A DNA stretch of 63,632 nt, the filler included, from Octopus bimaculoides (lineage: Eukaryota), in NCBI RefSeq assembly GCF_001194135.2. It is 4 parts of 3 records of this genome, joined end to end, with 100 filler letters (N's around TTAATTAATTAA, not from the genome) between each part and the next. Parts side by side here need not be neighbours in the genome. Positions count along the whole stretch, not along the records: positions 1 to 28,612 come from NC_068982.1; 3 more parts are not named here. One strand, given 5' to 3'. A program made the position numbers and the translations under genes. Under the pieces are notes generated by a model. The model had not been told where the DNA came from, ran no database searches, and saw only the letters and a list, made by a program, of their open reading frames with translations. Of this stretch, positions 1-12,214 are shown in pieces (position 1 is the first letter of the stretch; each line of letters opens with the position of its first letter).

Positions 1-186
1 ACTTCAGTTAGTAATTTTTTTTCATAATGTTTCTTCTGACGTTGGCAAGTTTGTTACTGTCTATGTAGGGTCTTACTTCAAGGTGTTTCTGTCTCCAGTT
101 TAAGTAGGTTTGTACAGTATTAGATTTATCTGTAGGGAAATATATGGCATGGTAGAAGGCTGTAAGAACTTCTTTATTATCTTCCC

Positions 187-188
<2 letters not shown>
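1..188 (-). mobile_element. R4/Dong-like non-LTR retrotransposon, N-terminal ORF fragment (runs off the window to the left)
   Basis: Minus-strand translation REDNKEVLTAFYHAIYFPTDKSNTVQTYLNWRQKHLEVRPYIDSNKLANVRRNIMKK resembles the N-terminus of R4/Dong ORFs (..D.NKLANVRR.I.K..). It abuts a (TAA)n/(TGA)n tract. Family recognised by motif memory, not by search. Confidence 0.65.
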
Positions 189-262
<74 letters not shown>

Positions 263-309
263 CCTCATCATCATCATCAACATCATCATCATCATCATCA
301 TCATCACCA

Positions 310-360
<51 letters not shown>
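189..360. repeat. Compound trinucleotide microsatellite (TTA)n/(TCA)n
   Basis: Directly visible; explains the poly-M/I/N/D ORFs. Confidence 0.95.
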
Positions 361-1734
361 TGCTTACATAATTTATATATCATTCTTACCTTCTCTAGTT
401 TTTACAGCTTTTTGAATGGAATTTTCACTGGAAATATCACGACTAATTGAATACTTCTATGTTACATTTGAATATATTCGTTAATGTTATTTTTTATATT
501 TAATATTCCATTTGCATTGCAATCACCATCTGTTTTTCTAAATATCCCGCAATACTTAAAGCAAACTACAACACTTTTACACACACACACACACACACAA
601 GCATGTCTATGTGTGTATGAATAACAGAATAAATGTATAAGTGTAAATATATATATTAATGTGAGCGTAAATTCCTATGTTCCAAGATAGCCATTTCGCA
701 GGATTGATAGAGCGTCAGATAGATCGGCTTACAGTAGTAACCGTAGCAACTCTCTGCTTTCTGATGTGAAATCCCATCAAGATTAACTTCACCCCTCGGC
801 CTTCCTGGATCGTTAAGCAAAATACCAGTACTATACAAGAGTTGATACTTCTCTAAGGTCCGAAGCGAAAGTATACATAGAGAAACTTTATGCACACACT
901 CATACACAAACACACATATTTATATACACACATATATTTACTGACATATCCACACACATATTCATTTATACATTATTAGAGATTTGTATATGTGCATATA
1001 AACACACAGATACAGATAGAGTTAGACAGACAGACAGACAGACATAGATGTCTACGCGCGCGCGAGTTTGAGTTAGGTTTGAATAGACAAACAAGAAGAA
1101 AATTACTTAACACCGGAGTAGTGAGCAAATATTTATTATAGTAATGAGATTCCTTTCATCACTATAACACAGAGGTTGTACAGTGAAGCACAGAATGTAT
1201 GTGAAATATTCTGCTTATGGGCGTCGCCTCTGACAAGTCGAGACCGGCATGCTTTATAAAAATAAATTATGATAATGAAGGGACGCGGGTATCTAGTAAC
1301 GAAGAATATTGTAAAATCACACGCACAAACGGATATTGATATGCATCAACATCCATACCTACGTATACATGTATCTACACCACATGTATAAGCACTCACA
1401 CAATTATATACATACGCGCATGCTCTAACACACATGCATAAATTATACAGCCGCAAGCCGTCACTCGCAATTGACTATTACCTGGTAACATGTATCATGC
1501 ATTAGCAAATTTATTGAAGAGCCTCTGAGCTCGCGAAAACACGAAACTTCGGCCTCCTCACCGTTGATGCAACTAAATACCTGCGATGGAGTTAGAGGCG
1601 GCTGCACGAACACTCGGTTGGCATGCATCCAAAAATATACACACATACTATGCATAGGCACACACATTAAATATATATCCACATTCATCCATACATATGC
1701 TTGTGCTATACATTAGCCCACACCCTCCCTTAAA

Positions 1735-1880
1735 TCGACTTGCCTGTACAAGTGCTCGGTATGCCACACGTCAGATGTCGAACTGATCACAGTGCAACGT
1801 GAAATGATGTGTTCGGGATTCGAAACCACGACCTTACAACCGCGAGCGCAACACACTAACCACTAGGTTTCGTGCAGTCA
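1735..1880 (-). mobile_element. Degenerate tRNA-derived SINE
   Basis: Minus-strand A-box/B-box-like head (tagtggttagtgtg...gtttcgaatcccg). Similar to copies at about 19130-19348 and 37040-37305. Confidence 0.55.
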
Positions 1881-3343
1881 CACACAACGTATGCATATGT
1901 ATATATGTATCGACATACATGTATGCATATATATTTGAATACACTTATGTACAATACGGCGTAAATCTAAAAGATTCAAATATATTTATAAAATTATGTA
2001 TTACAATGTCTTACATCTGTGATAGGAAGTTATAAGAATATAAACGCATTCCTTCTAAAAAAAAAAAAAGCATGGAAACGTCTGAAAGATTTTCGTGTTT
2101 GCTCACTCCTCCCCAGTAGAGATATACCAGATTAACTTTCCCAGGCGGTAGCATAGAATATTCAACTGCTATACGAAGCAATCAGGATTTAAGCTATTAT
2201 AATAATAGATAGAGTAATTTGCATATTTTTGCATTAAATGGTTTGTAATTAATTATATAATATATTATTTTATGCACAACACAGCGTGAAGCAGAAGAAG
2301 CAAATAAAGTTTAAATATACAAAATGCTTTAGGGCTGCGATAGAAAATTATAAAATTGTTAATATACAAATCTTCTGGGCTTCCAATGTGTCAGAAATAG
2401 AGTGGAAGAACTTCTTTAACGGAATGTTTTGCAGTTTTTTTAATGCTCCTCAGTGGATACGTAATCGACTTCCTTCCTAATAAACAACACAAACACACAA
2501 ACACACACACATGCGTACAAAAAATTGCATTCATACTAATGCATCAATGCATGTATACACACAAACATATAAATATATTTTTCGAGGCATTCACAGCTAT
2601 AGACATACGTACACGCATAACTATGCACTGCAGGGCACATAAGAAAGCTTCTACAACATCGACATTTTACACATGATATATTATGATATAAATTATCAAT
2701 ATTTAACGTCGTATTGTTTAACTTCGTTTCCTTTAACGTTGTTTTGTAATGATGTTTATGGTAAAAACCTACAAAGAGCACACCTTTCATAACATTTTTG
2801 TTTGGTTTTACATATTTGAATTGAGTGAAAGAAAAAATAAGATAAACTGTGATGAATAAGTATATTATCAATTCATCTTATTTTATTTCATGCTCGTCAC
2901 CCAAAGTGTCATCTTTTTTATTTAACGCCTAGTTCTTCTTGGTGTGATAACACTAAAGATATAGAATAAACAATAGTTAAGTAATTTCATTTTTAACAGA
3001 TACAAATTCATGTGCTTCTAAAGTTGAGTCTTTTAAATCTTTTTTTTATCCACTTGTAACAATATTCTTCAATGTGTTGAGCGTAAAATAGTTCGTTATC
3101 AGTCAAGTTAGCTTTCTGTTAGCTTTCTAAGAATGATATTAAATGAAAGTCGTAATGAATTGCCGCAAATATATAAAACGAATAAATAAATCAAGATATG
3201 TAGAGAGAAGCAAGTATACAGATTGAAACAAAGCGGCTGATATTCAAAACTAACCAAATTTAGTTTTAATTTGATTTTATTCTGAATGAAATGTACCAAG
3301 ACTTGTTTTTTCAATTTTGGCTTTATTATTTATTATTTATTTA

Positions 3344-3646
3344 TGCGCCCTTTTAAAGCCTAACCAGGCTCATGGGCCCAATTTCCCGGTTTCTATGGCG
3401 TATGTGTTCCCTCCAGCTGGACAGGACGCCAGTTCATCGCAGCTTTACTCAAGAAACAGGAAGAAAGAGTGAGAGAAAGTTGAGGCGAGAGAGTACAACA
3501 GGGGTCGCCACCACCCCCTGCCGGAGCCTCGTGGAGCTTTAGGTGTTTTCGCTCAAAGAACACAGGCAACGCCCGGTATGGGAATCGAAACAGCGATCCT
3601 CCGACCGCGAGTCCGCTGCCCTAACCACCAGGCATTGAGCATCCAC
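3344..3646 (-). mobile_element. tRNA-derived SINE (tRNA-Arg-like head, OR-type-like), 3' unit of a dimer
   Basis: Head (rc) gtggttagggcagcggactcgcggtcggaggatcgctgtttcgattccc. Body shared with 20057-20380 and 51981-52363. (AAAT)n tail at 3325-3343. Confidence 0.85.
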
Positions 3647-3647
3647 T

Positions 3648-3895
3648 TGCGCCCTTTTAAAGCCTAGCCAGGCTCATGGGCCCGGTTTCTCGGTTTCAAT
3701 GGCGTATGTGTTCCCCAGCTGGACGGGACTCCAGTCCATCGCAGCGTTACTCATTTTTGCCAGCTGAGTGGACTGGAGAATCGTGAAATGAAGTGATTTG
3801 CTCAAGGAAACAACGCGTCACCCGGTCCAGGAATTGAAACCATAATCTTACGATCATGATGCTGACACCCTAACCACTAAGCCACGCGCCTCGAC
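3648..3895 (-). mobile_element. tRNA-derived SINE of a second family, 5' unit of a dimer
   Basis: Pol III head (rc) gtggcttagtggttagggtgtcagcatcatgatcgtaagattatggtttcaattcc. Its 3' ~95 bp (ctgcgatggactgg...aaagggcgca) is shared with 3344-3646. Confidence 0.85.
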
Positions 3896-3989
3896 TCAAT
3901 TTTGGCTTTGCAAACATTTATTTCTTAATTTTACCCCGTTGCAATGATGGAGAAATGTGCACTGTGCTTCGCTGCTGTCAGTGGATACA

Positions 3990-4600
3990 ATAACAGCAAA
4001 TCACGTTGTACGGTTAAGTGTCTTGAAATAGTGTTGCTCATTGTAGACAATTCTCCAAGTAGCCCAACAAACGTGGATGACCTAACAAATTTTGTCCACG
4101 TAGCTTTTCCGCAAGCAAACAAAACCAGCTTGATTTAATCTATGGAGCAAAGAATTATTGGCACGTTCAAAGCAAACTTTATACGGTGTGCTTTAAAGTA
4201 AATGATTAAGCTTTTAGCTGGTGCGATTAAGCCTATTTTAAAGAAATTTTTAGCGTTGTAACCACATTGTGAATTTATGAAAGCTAGTGAAATTTTGAAA
4301 CAGGGTTGATGAGAGTGGAGAACAACCACAATGAATCGTGTCGGCTAAATACCTACACAGACTACATTGCAGGCTTCCTGTATATTGAGGAAGCAATAGA
4401 AAACATTCAACTTATTGACTGGTACAACAGGTTAGATTAAACGCAATAAATAGAGATGGTCTCGAACTATTCAGTTACATTGCGTGGAGATGTGGAAACG
4501 CCGTGCTGCTGAAGAAGACAAAGAATGCGGAACTACCAGGAATTTTTATAACTAAAGATTTGTGTAATGCCTTGCATTTTAGATAGATTCTTGCCAACTG
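3990..4600 (+). mobile_element. pogo/Tigger-like (DDE_1) transposase remnant
   Basis: Translation IVLLIVDNSPSSP...VAFPQANKTSLI*SMEQRIIGTFKANF matches the Tigger motif LLLDNAP.HP...FLPPNTTSLIQPMDQG.I..FKA.Y; TTMNRV occurs downstream. Many stops. Confidence 0.75.
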
Positions 4601-4670
4601 TTACTAAAATAGATCCATTTGTATTAAATAGAGAGAAATGGTCAGAAGTAAAACTGGATAATAATATTAA

Positions 4671-7555
4671 CACTGGTCAACACGATGTTTGCTGCCAAGA
4701 AACAAAACACGTTTTTTAGCTAATTTGATGGTTATGATTCCGAAAATTACCTTAGTTTTTCATGGTTAGCTACCGTTTTTGCTGTACTGAACTTGCTCAT
4801 TTTTCGAAAGAAGATGGATTTACGCTCTTGGTTGATCGCAAAATATAGTTAAGAAAGGTAGTAGAAACCCCTGACTTTTCAGGTAAGCCGATCACTTTAT
4901 GTCAGCCACCTGAAATAAACTATTTTTATAAGAAAAAAAGGAGGTTTTGAGTCAAAACTTTTAAAATAGAAGTATCGAATGTTTCCAATTTATTGCCAAA
5001 ATTCAAATTAACTCATAAACTTTATCAATAATACACTTTAGTAAACCTGATAATTAAGGTGACGTCAAAAAATTGAAACCCTAAAATCATCTGTTTGATA
5101 TTCAAAAATTATCCCATCACTTTTATCCCTTCAATACGGAAGGATACCAAGCACATTAAGAGCTTTTGTTTTCAAAGTTAGAAAAAACTCCGAATAAAGA
5201 CATCCCAACTGAATGCACATATTCCATTGTACATGATAAACATCATGAAAATGGTTTCACCACAACATCTGCCCTCCACGCGAGATAACGAAGATACGAA
5301 GTAGAATCAGCGTAACGACTCTTTCCATCTTTTGTTATTGACAGTTTTACGAGTCTTTCCGTAGGACATTAGGAAAGATCAAATTACCTAAATGTGAACA
5401 CGCAAAGTGTAAATCAAATGCTCCACCAACTCATGTTCTTTTTTAATCATAGAGATAGATATCAAATGACATGGCTTCAACGAAAGGATGCAAAAATTAT
5501 CCCAACTTATTTTGCTATATATGCGGCGAGTTCACACTGAAATCCAATAGGAAACCGATATCTGACTTTTACAAGAAAGCCTATTGTGCTTACTTTCATG
5601 TTGAGCTTGGTGATCAAGACAAATCACGGGCCCCTCACATTGTTTGCAAGACATGTTTGGAACACATGAAACAATGGACTTCAGGTACAGGAAAATCGCT
5701 GAAATCCGCTACTTCTATGATCTGGCGTGAGCCAAAGAACCACTCTCACGAATGTTACTCCTGATCAATCAGTGTTGCAGTACTGAAGCAAAAGAAACGC
5801 AGATCTATTGACTAGCCCAGTCTTCATTCCGCTATTCGACCAGTGCCGCATTCAGATGATTTACCAATCCCAGTTTTTCACGAAAATTTGGTGAAACTTG
5901 TTGAAAGTGACAAGTTTTATACTGATGTAAATGAGGGACACAGTGTAAACGATTCTGACTATGTTCCCGAAAACGTGCCAGAGCCGTTTAACCAGAATGA
6001 GCTGAATAATTTGGTTCGAGACATAAATCTAAGCAAACAATCAGCAGAACCTTTGGCCTCTAGGCTCAACGAAAAACACCTGTTAGCAAAAGGCACAAAG
6101 GTAACATTCTAGCGAAATAAGGATGCCGAATTTGTACCATTCTTTAATGAGAACACGGATCTTGTTCATTGCAATGAGGTTGAGAGCATTCTTCTTCGAC
6201 TAGGCATCCACAAAAACAATCCTGATGAATGGAGATTGTTCATTGATAGTTCAAAACGTAATTTGAAATGTATTTTGTTCCATAATGCCAACATGAACGC
6301 GCCAATACCTATAGGTTATTCAATAACACTGAAAGAAAAACATGATGCCATCAAACAGGTTATGGAACAGATTGACTACACCAAACATAAATGGGTGTTA
6401 TGTGTCGATTTGAAAATGGTAAATTTCCTGCTTGGTCAACAAAGTGGCTATACGAAATTCCCATGTTTTTTGTGTATGTGGGACAGTAGAGCAAAAGAGG
6501 AGCACTGGAAAAGGAAAGATTGGACACCTTTAGAGTTGAAAGTCAGTGAAAAAAACGTTATTAGTGCAGCGCTAGTTCCGAAAGAAAAAATTCATCTTCC
6601 GTCCCTTGCATATCAAATTGGGATTAATGAAACAGTATGTAAAATCACTCGACAAAGAAAATAAATGTTTTGAGTATATATGTAAATCGTTTCCAGGACT
6701 TAGCACCGAAAAACTCAAAGCAGGAGTATTTGATGGTCCTGATATCAGGAAACTCATTAAGGATGATGAGTTTGTTAATTCAATGAATGACTTGGAATTA
6801 CGCGCTTGGGCATTGTTTGTTGACGTGGTGAAAAACTTCTTAGGCAATCACCGAGCCGAAAACTACAAGGAGTTAGTGGAAAAGCTGTTGAAAATTCTAC
6901 AGGACATAGGCACTAATATGAGTATTAAGGTTCATTTTTTACATAGCCATCTAGATAAATTTCCAGATAATTGCAGAGATGTGGGTGATGAGTAAGGAGA
7001 ATGATTCCATCAGGGTATCAAAACAATGGAAGAGCGCTACCAGGGATGGTGGGACAAACGAATGATGGCTGGAGTATCAAAAGGGACTTAAATAACATTG
7101 AACAAGCCATACAATCAAGAAAGAGAAAATTTTTGCCATAGTTCTTATGTTTTATTTCTGCTATTAATTTATTTAATGATTTGATGAAAATAATCGTTAG
7201 TCTTGGTATATTCAATCGTGTTACTTTTAAAGACTTAGGATCTGATTGTTATTACAAAAATAGCATTTCTCAATAAGTAGACCAATATTTGTTGGTTTAA
7301 ATACGAATTGAGAGGTTTCTGCGATTTTACTTTGTGAAATATTGCCATCAATCAATATCAAATATACAGAAAACAAATGAAAAAATGCTTCCCCCCCCGC
7401 CCCCAAAAAAATGGGGCATTTCTGTACAGCAAAAACAGTAGTTAACCAAGAAAAGGTAAGGTCATTTTCAGATTCAGCGCCCTCAAATTAGCTAAAAGAC
7501 ATGTTTGGTGTCTGGACAATATTTCAAAGTTTATTTCTTTTTTTGTTGACCAGCG
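4671..7555 (+). mobile_element. Chapaev3-type (CMC) DNA transposon, full-length but inactivated
   Basis: Termini CACTGGTCAACA (4671-4682) and TGTTGACCAGCG (7544-7555), with imperfect inverted homology extending ~120-130 bp. TAA on both flanks (4668-4670, 7556-7558). Internal transposase remnant. Confidence 0.85.
5471..7100 (+). pseudogene. Chapaev3-type transposase pseudogene
   Basis: N-terminal Zn-finger FCYICGEF...ELGDQDKSRAPHIVCKTC...WREPKNH; core LFIDSSKRNLK, VDLKMVNFLLGQQSGYTKFPCFLCMWDSRA, HIKLGLMKQYVK, FDGPDIR, MSIKVHFLHSHLD, GE*FHQGIKTMEERYQG. Broken by stops (about 5762, 6110, 6993) and frameshifts. Confidence 0.9.
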
Positions 7556-7974
7556 TAATGGGTGAATATAAATGCTGCCAGACAATATACACACAGGAGA
7601 AAATGCACGACGACAATCTTTGGGGGTGAATAGATAATTAGGTGAGTTTTACGTGTATATTATACACAAGTATTCAAGATACAATATTAGAAAATTATTG
7701 AGGTTTTATTTAGAAATTTAGCGATGATTATGTACTTGAAATATGCCGTAGACCCATAGCTCATGCTTCTTTCTTTGAGCGCATTGTTGAATTAGATTTG
7801 CTCGTCATTTTACTTTAAACAAAGTATCAATAACGTTAAGTGAGGACTAGTAGTACAACATCGTCTAACTTAATTTTGTACAAAATTCCTTCCTGAGAAA
7901 GAATAAAAAATTAAAAGAAGAATAAAGCGAAAAATTAAAATTGATCTCAGTATAAAGGGGTATATAATATATTT

Positions 7975-8190
7975 TAAGACTCACCTTCTCGATTGCAACA
8001 ATCTTCTTTGAATCTCACTTGAGTCTTGCATGTGTCCTACTGGCCTCCTCAAAAGCTTTACTCCACTCCACACTTTTGTTCGCCATCCAGCTCGATCCGA
8101 AGCAAGGGTTTCTATGGCCTTTGGATCCATTCCAAGTGACCTCATGGTTGTCCTTACGCCGTCCTTAAACCTCTTTTTAGGTTTACACGG
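7975..8190 (-). mobile_element. RTE-clade LINE, C-terminal fragment
   Basis: Minus translation KPKKRFKDGVRTTMRSLGMDPKAIETLASDRAGWRTKVWSG fits the RTE C-terminal motif R.K.RFKD......A.DR..WR. Confidence 0.7.
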
Positions 8191-8999
8191 ACAGACACAA
8201 TGTTACAGGTTATTTCTTTCTGATATTCTGGTTTTCGCTTGTGATGTTTGTCTTGATTTCAGTCAAATTGCATACATGGAACATGGCTATTATTCCTTAA
8301 TCCAGGAGTGGGGAGTGGCAAATAGGACTTGTATTTTTGCTGCGAGAAAGCATTTTAATTTCGGAGATACAGAAGAGATAAAAATAAGTATAACGCATAT
8401 ATGAATACATAAAAAAAAAATTTAATGTTGTTGCAAAGAATATTACTATCAATGCCAAAATTTTTCCATAAGAAGAAACGAGGCAAAAGAAGTAATGTTG
8501 ATATATCAAAAAGCACATAAGAAATTTGAGAGACAATTATGTATTGAACAAAAAATTAATTTCTTGAAAGCAGTTGATCATAATTTGAAATTTACTTTTG
8601 ATTATTAATTAGAGTTTTATCAGTTGTCAGTTTCTTATGTTCTTAAATTTTGAATAAATATGTTTTAGTTTATTATTTATATAACTGTCAATATTCAATA
8701 CATATTCATTTTCTTTCCATTTTGTCTCTTTGGAGGGGTTGCTAAAATAAAAAATAAATATGAACAAGGAAAGAAATTTTATGAAAGTAAAGATATCCTC
8801 ATATCTTCCCTGTTTTGTTTTCATTTTGATATTACATTCCAATTTACGTTATTTCCTACATTTCAATATCAAGAGAAAGTGGAAGCATTATTTTATTTCT
8901 TAACGTCACTTCAATATTCAATATTTTAGCACCATTCAATATAATATAATGGCTATTTGACTTGAATGCAGGCGTCGTGTTGGCCTGGCGATGAATTAT

Positions 9000-9070
9000 C
9001 TAGGCATGAGGTGACCGGACGCCATACACACACACGCACATATATATGTATATACATATAGAGAGAGAGC

Positions 9071-9108
<38 letters not shown>

Positions 9109-9116
9109 TTCATATG

Positions 9117-9194
<78 letters not shown>

Positions 9195-9241
9195 CATATA
9201 AATACACACACACATATATATATATATATAAAAACATACGT

Positions 9242-9275
<34 letters not shown>
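9000..9275. repeat. Compound (CA)n/(GA)n/(TA)n microsatellite
   Basis: Directly visible. Representative of dozens of such tracts, e.g. 26935-27140, 33460-33540, 47750-47828, 53370-53478, 57545-57655. Confidence 0.95.
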
Positions 9276-9277
<2 letters not shown>

Positions 9278-9747
9278 GTCGTTTTTTTACTTGGTTTGCA
9301 AGCTTCTTGATCTGAATTTATGTTTTGAAACAAGTCTTGACGTGTCTTGGGAGGGTGGGTCATTAACCCAATGATAATTAAACATACGCACTTGTCCAAT
9401 ATCGCTTTATTATTTGAATGGCATCAGGATGCAAGAAAACCCATAAAAACAAATACACATCACTATAAACAATTCCAATACATAGCCATACACCTCCATG
9501 CCTGCGGGCAGACGTGCACGTATGCACAGACCACATGCCTAAACACATACACTCACACTCACACCAACATAAGGACACACAACCACAGACACATCCACGC
9601 ACAACCATCCACACACACACATACCCGGGCAAAGACTCGGGAGCACACATCCGGATACATCTGCACACATACGCACACACACACACACGTGTAAGCGGAA
9701 ACACATACACGCACACATTACCGACGCACATACACGGACATACGCAT

Positions 9748-11112
9748 TAGGGTGGAGCAAAAAAGGTACTTTTTACACAGATTTTCGAAATATGGTTTTA
9801 AGCATATATTTTCTATTGCAAATGTAGTAAAATCTGAAGTTCTTAAATTTACATCTTCAGACTCCGCAGCCCACTTGAAATTTTGAATAATGAACGAAAA
9901 ATCAATTTATTACAAGTTTGCCGTTCCTCATTTTATTTTTTTACATTCATTATCACGAATTAATTTCCTTTTGCAACATCCTTTCAAAATACGTGTCTTA
10001 AAATCTCAAGCTCTAATATTTATATCTTTAGACTTCGCAATGCTCTTTAAATTTCGAAATTATTTGATTCACTTCTTGATGAAAACGTTACCAATTCAGA
10101 ATCCTTTGCTGTGATCTGGCCGATTCTTTCTAATCAACTTCTGAACGTTCTGGTTAGCTACTGCTTGATCTATTCCGCCAATGATCATTTTTCGATTTGT
10201 CCGTTGATCCTGTAAAAAATGTTGTTCGCTCTGTGGTAATTTTTTGGTCTCTAATACAACTGTAATTTCACTTGCAACTGGAACTGTCAAATAAATATTT
10301 TGTTGCATTCGTTTAAAGCACATTACACTTTGTTCGAAACGATGGCACAGTTTTTTCTATTTTTCGAAGATTTTAGTAATGCTTGGTACTTTAGATAACA
10401 ATTTAAAATTTTCGGTTTAACTGACTCAATCGTAACACAAAGGATGGATGCCTTTTGCCAAAGAAAAATGATCTTTTCTGCTACAATCTTGACAATTTGT
10501 TTAATTGAAGGATCTTTCTTAACTACATTCTTTTCTTTTTTCTCTTTCAAATAAAATGCATTTTAGTACGTCCTTGTAAGTTGGCAAAACTCGCTCGCTA
10601 AGGTCACAACGGAGTACCAAATACTAGGCATTCAATATCATGACGCGTTATTGGCTTATGAATCATCCCTAAATTTAACACGATCTTTAATTTTAATACA
10701 ATGGCCTAATTCAAAATACAAAGCAGAAAACTTCACACACGTACGACGTACGCCCACGCGCGACGACCGTTCCAGCGGCACTGGAGAAAAGTTCACATCC
10801 CCATTCTCTTTATAGTGAATGCGGAACCTTAAGATATTAGCTAATTGTATTGAAACTTGATATGCAACCTCTTAAGAATACTATATTTACTGTTTTGCAG
10901 TCTGCTTTGTAGAAATATGTATCTGTTATGACTTATAATCTATTAAATCCAAAATTCCACCTAAAATAGTGACTTTTAAAATGTTTAATTGCGTTGCGGA
11001 GGCTGAAAACAATAATTAAGTTCTTTATATACCTTTCTTTTAACCCTAATTTGCAACAAAATATCAATCCTTGGCTACCAATTTCGAAAGCTGCAATTTT
11101 AGCTCCACCCTA
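9748..11112 (-). mobile_element. hAT-superfamily (hATm-like) DNA transposon, internally deleted
   Basis: 11-bp TIR TAGGGTGGAGC (9748-9758) / GCTCCACCCTA (11102-11112). 8-bp TSD atacgcat (9740-9747) / atacacat (11113-11120). Minus-strand transposase N-terminal remnants: LSERVLPTYKDVLK, IFLWQKASI, EQHFLQDQRTNRKMIIGGID (about 10096-10660). Confidence 0.85.
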
Positions 11113-12214
11113 ATACACATAGACAGTCGCCTATTCAAAGAAACCGGCTATACCACGCACGCGCGAACACACACACACACGCGCACGCTTGAACGCATAC
11201 ACATAAGTAAACACACATTCATACACACATACGAACGTATACATTCGCTCAAAAACCGATCCAGTCACAAAAACACGCACACTAGACCACACATTCGCGT
11301 GTGCTCACACTCACACGTACATACGCGCATGTGCACATACATAATACACACCCTCCTTTTCTCTCCCCTCCTCACATAAGGAACAACACCCATAAATCTT
11401 TACAGGATGACAAGTAAATCCCAGCAAATCGGAAACAGAAATGATCTTGGACAAAAGGCCGATCCTTTAAGGAGATCATAGATGGACAAAGCACACACAC
11501 TCACAAACACACAGATACACAAGCACACAGACACACAAACACACATATAAGCAGGCACGCAAATGTACACACACAAGCACACACATATACTGTTCATTTA
11601 CTCTCATCCTTCCAATTTTTTGTAAGCCATCACACATCTAAAAACGCACATACAAGCAGACTCAAGGCAGACTTTGATGAGGTCATTAGTACCGTCGAAA
11701 GGACTTTAAGAAACAGACAACTGGTTAACTTTTTAACCAACACATTAAACAAACAATCGTTTAGTTAGTCGATTAGATATTGATGAGGTCACTAATAGCG
11801 GCGAAAGGACTTTAACAAACAACCGATTAATTGTTTAACCAACATATTAAACAAACGATCACTTAGTTGGCTGATTAGATATTTAACCGATTGACAGGCA
11901 GTTTAGTGGTAGACAGTGCGTGTGTGTATTATTATTAGCGTAATGACCCTCCCAAGGGTGTATTTCTAACACACGCTGCCGTGCACAAATATTTATAATA
12001 TCTAATCCAGTCGCCAACCAATTAACAGAGCCATTACGGATAAGCTGTAGTTTGTGTTATATTTAAATAGTGATTTGAAAATTATTTTCTTCGTAGCCGG
12101 AAGAATGAGATATTACTTGTCCTTAACAATTTCCTTTCTATGTATTTCTTTCTTTTATTTCGTTTACTAGTTCCTGCTTGAGAGCTGCGGCCACGCTGGG
12201 GTACTGTTGTTAGT

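Noticed and set aside
7985-8170. Minus-strand donor AAG|GTGAGT after an open frame
   Set aside because: The frame is an RTE C-terminal fragment and has no convincing acceptor.
8953-9760. YI/CV/HT-rich ORFs
   Set aside because: Translations of (TA)n, (TG)n and (CA)n repeats, not proteins.
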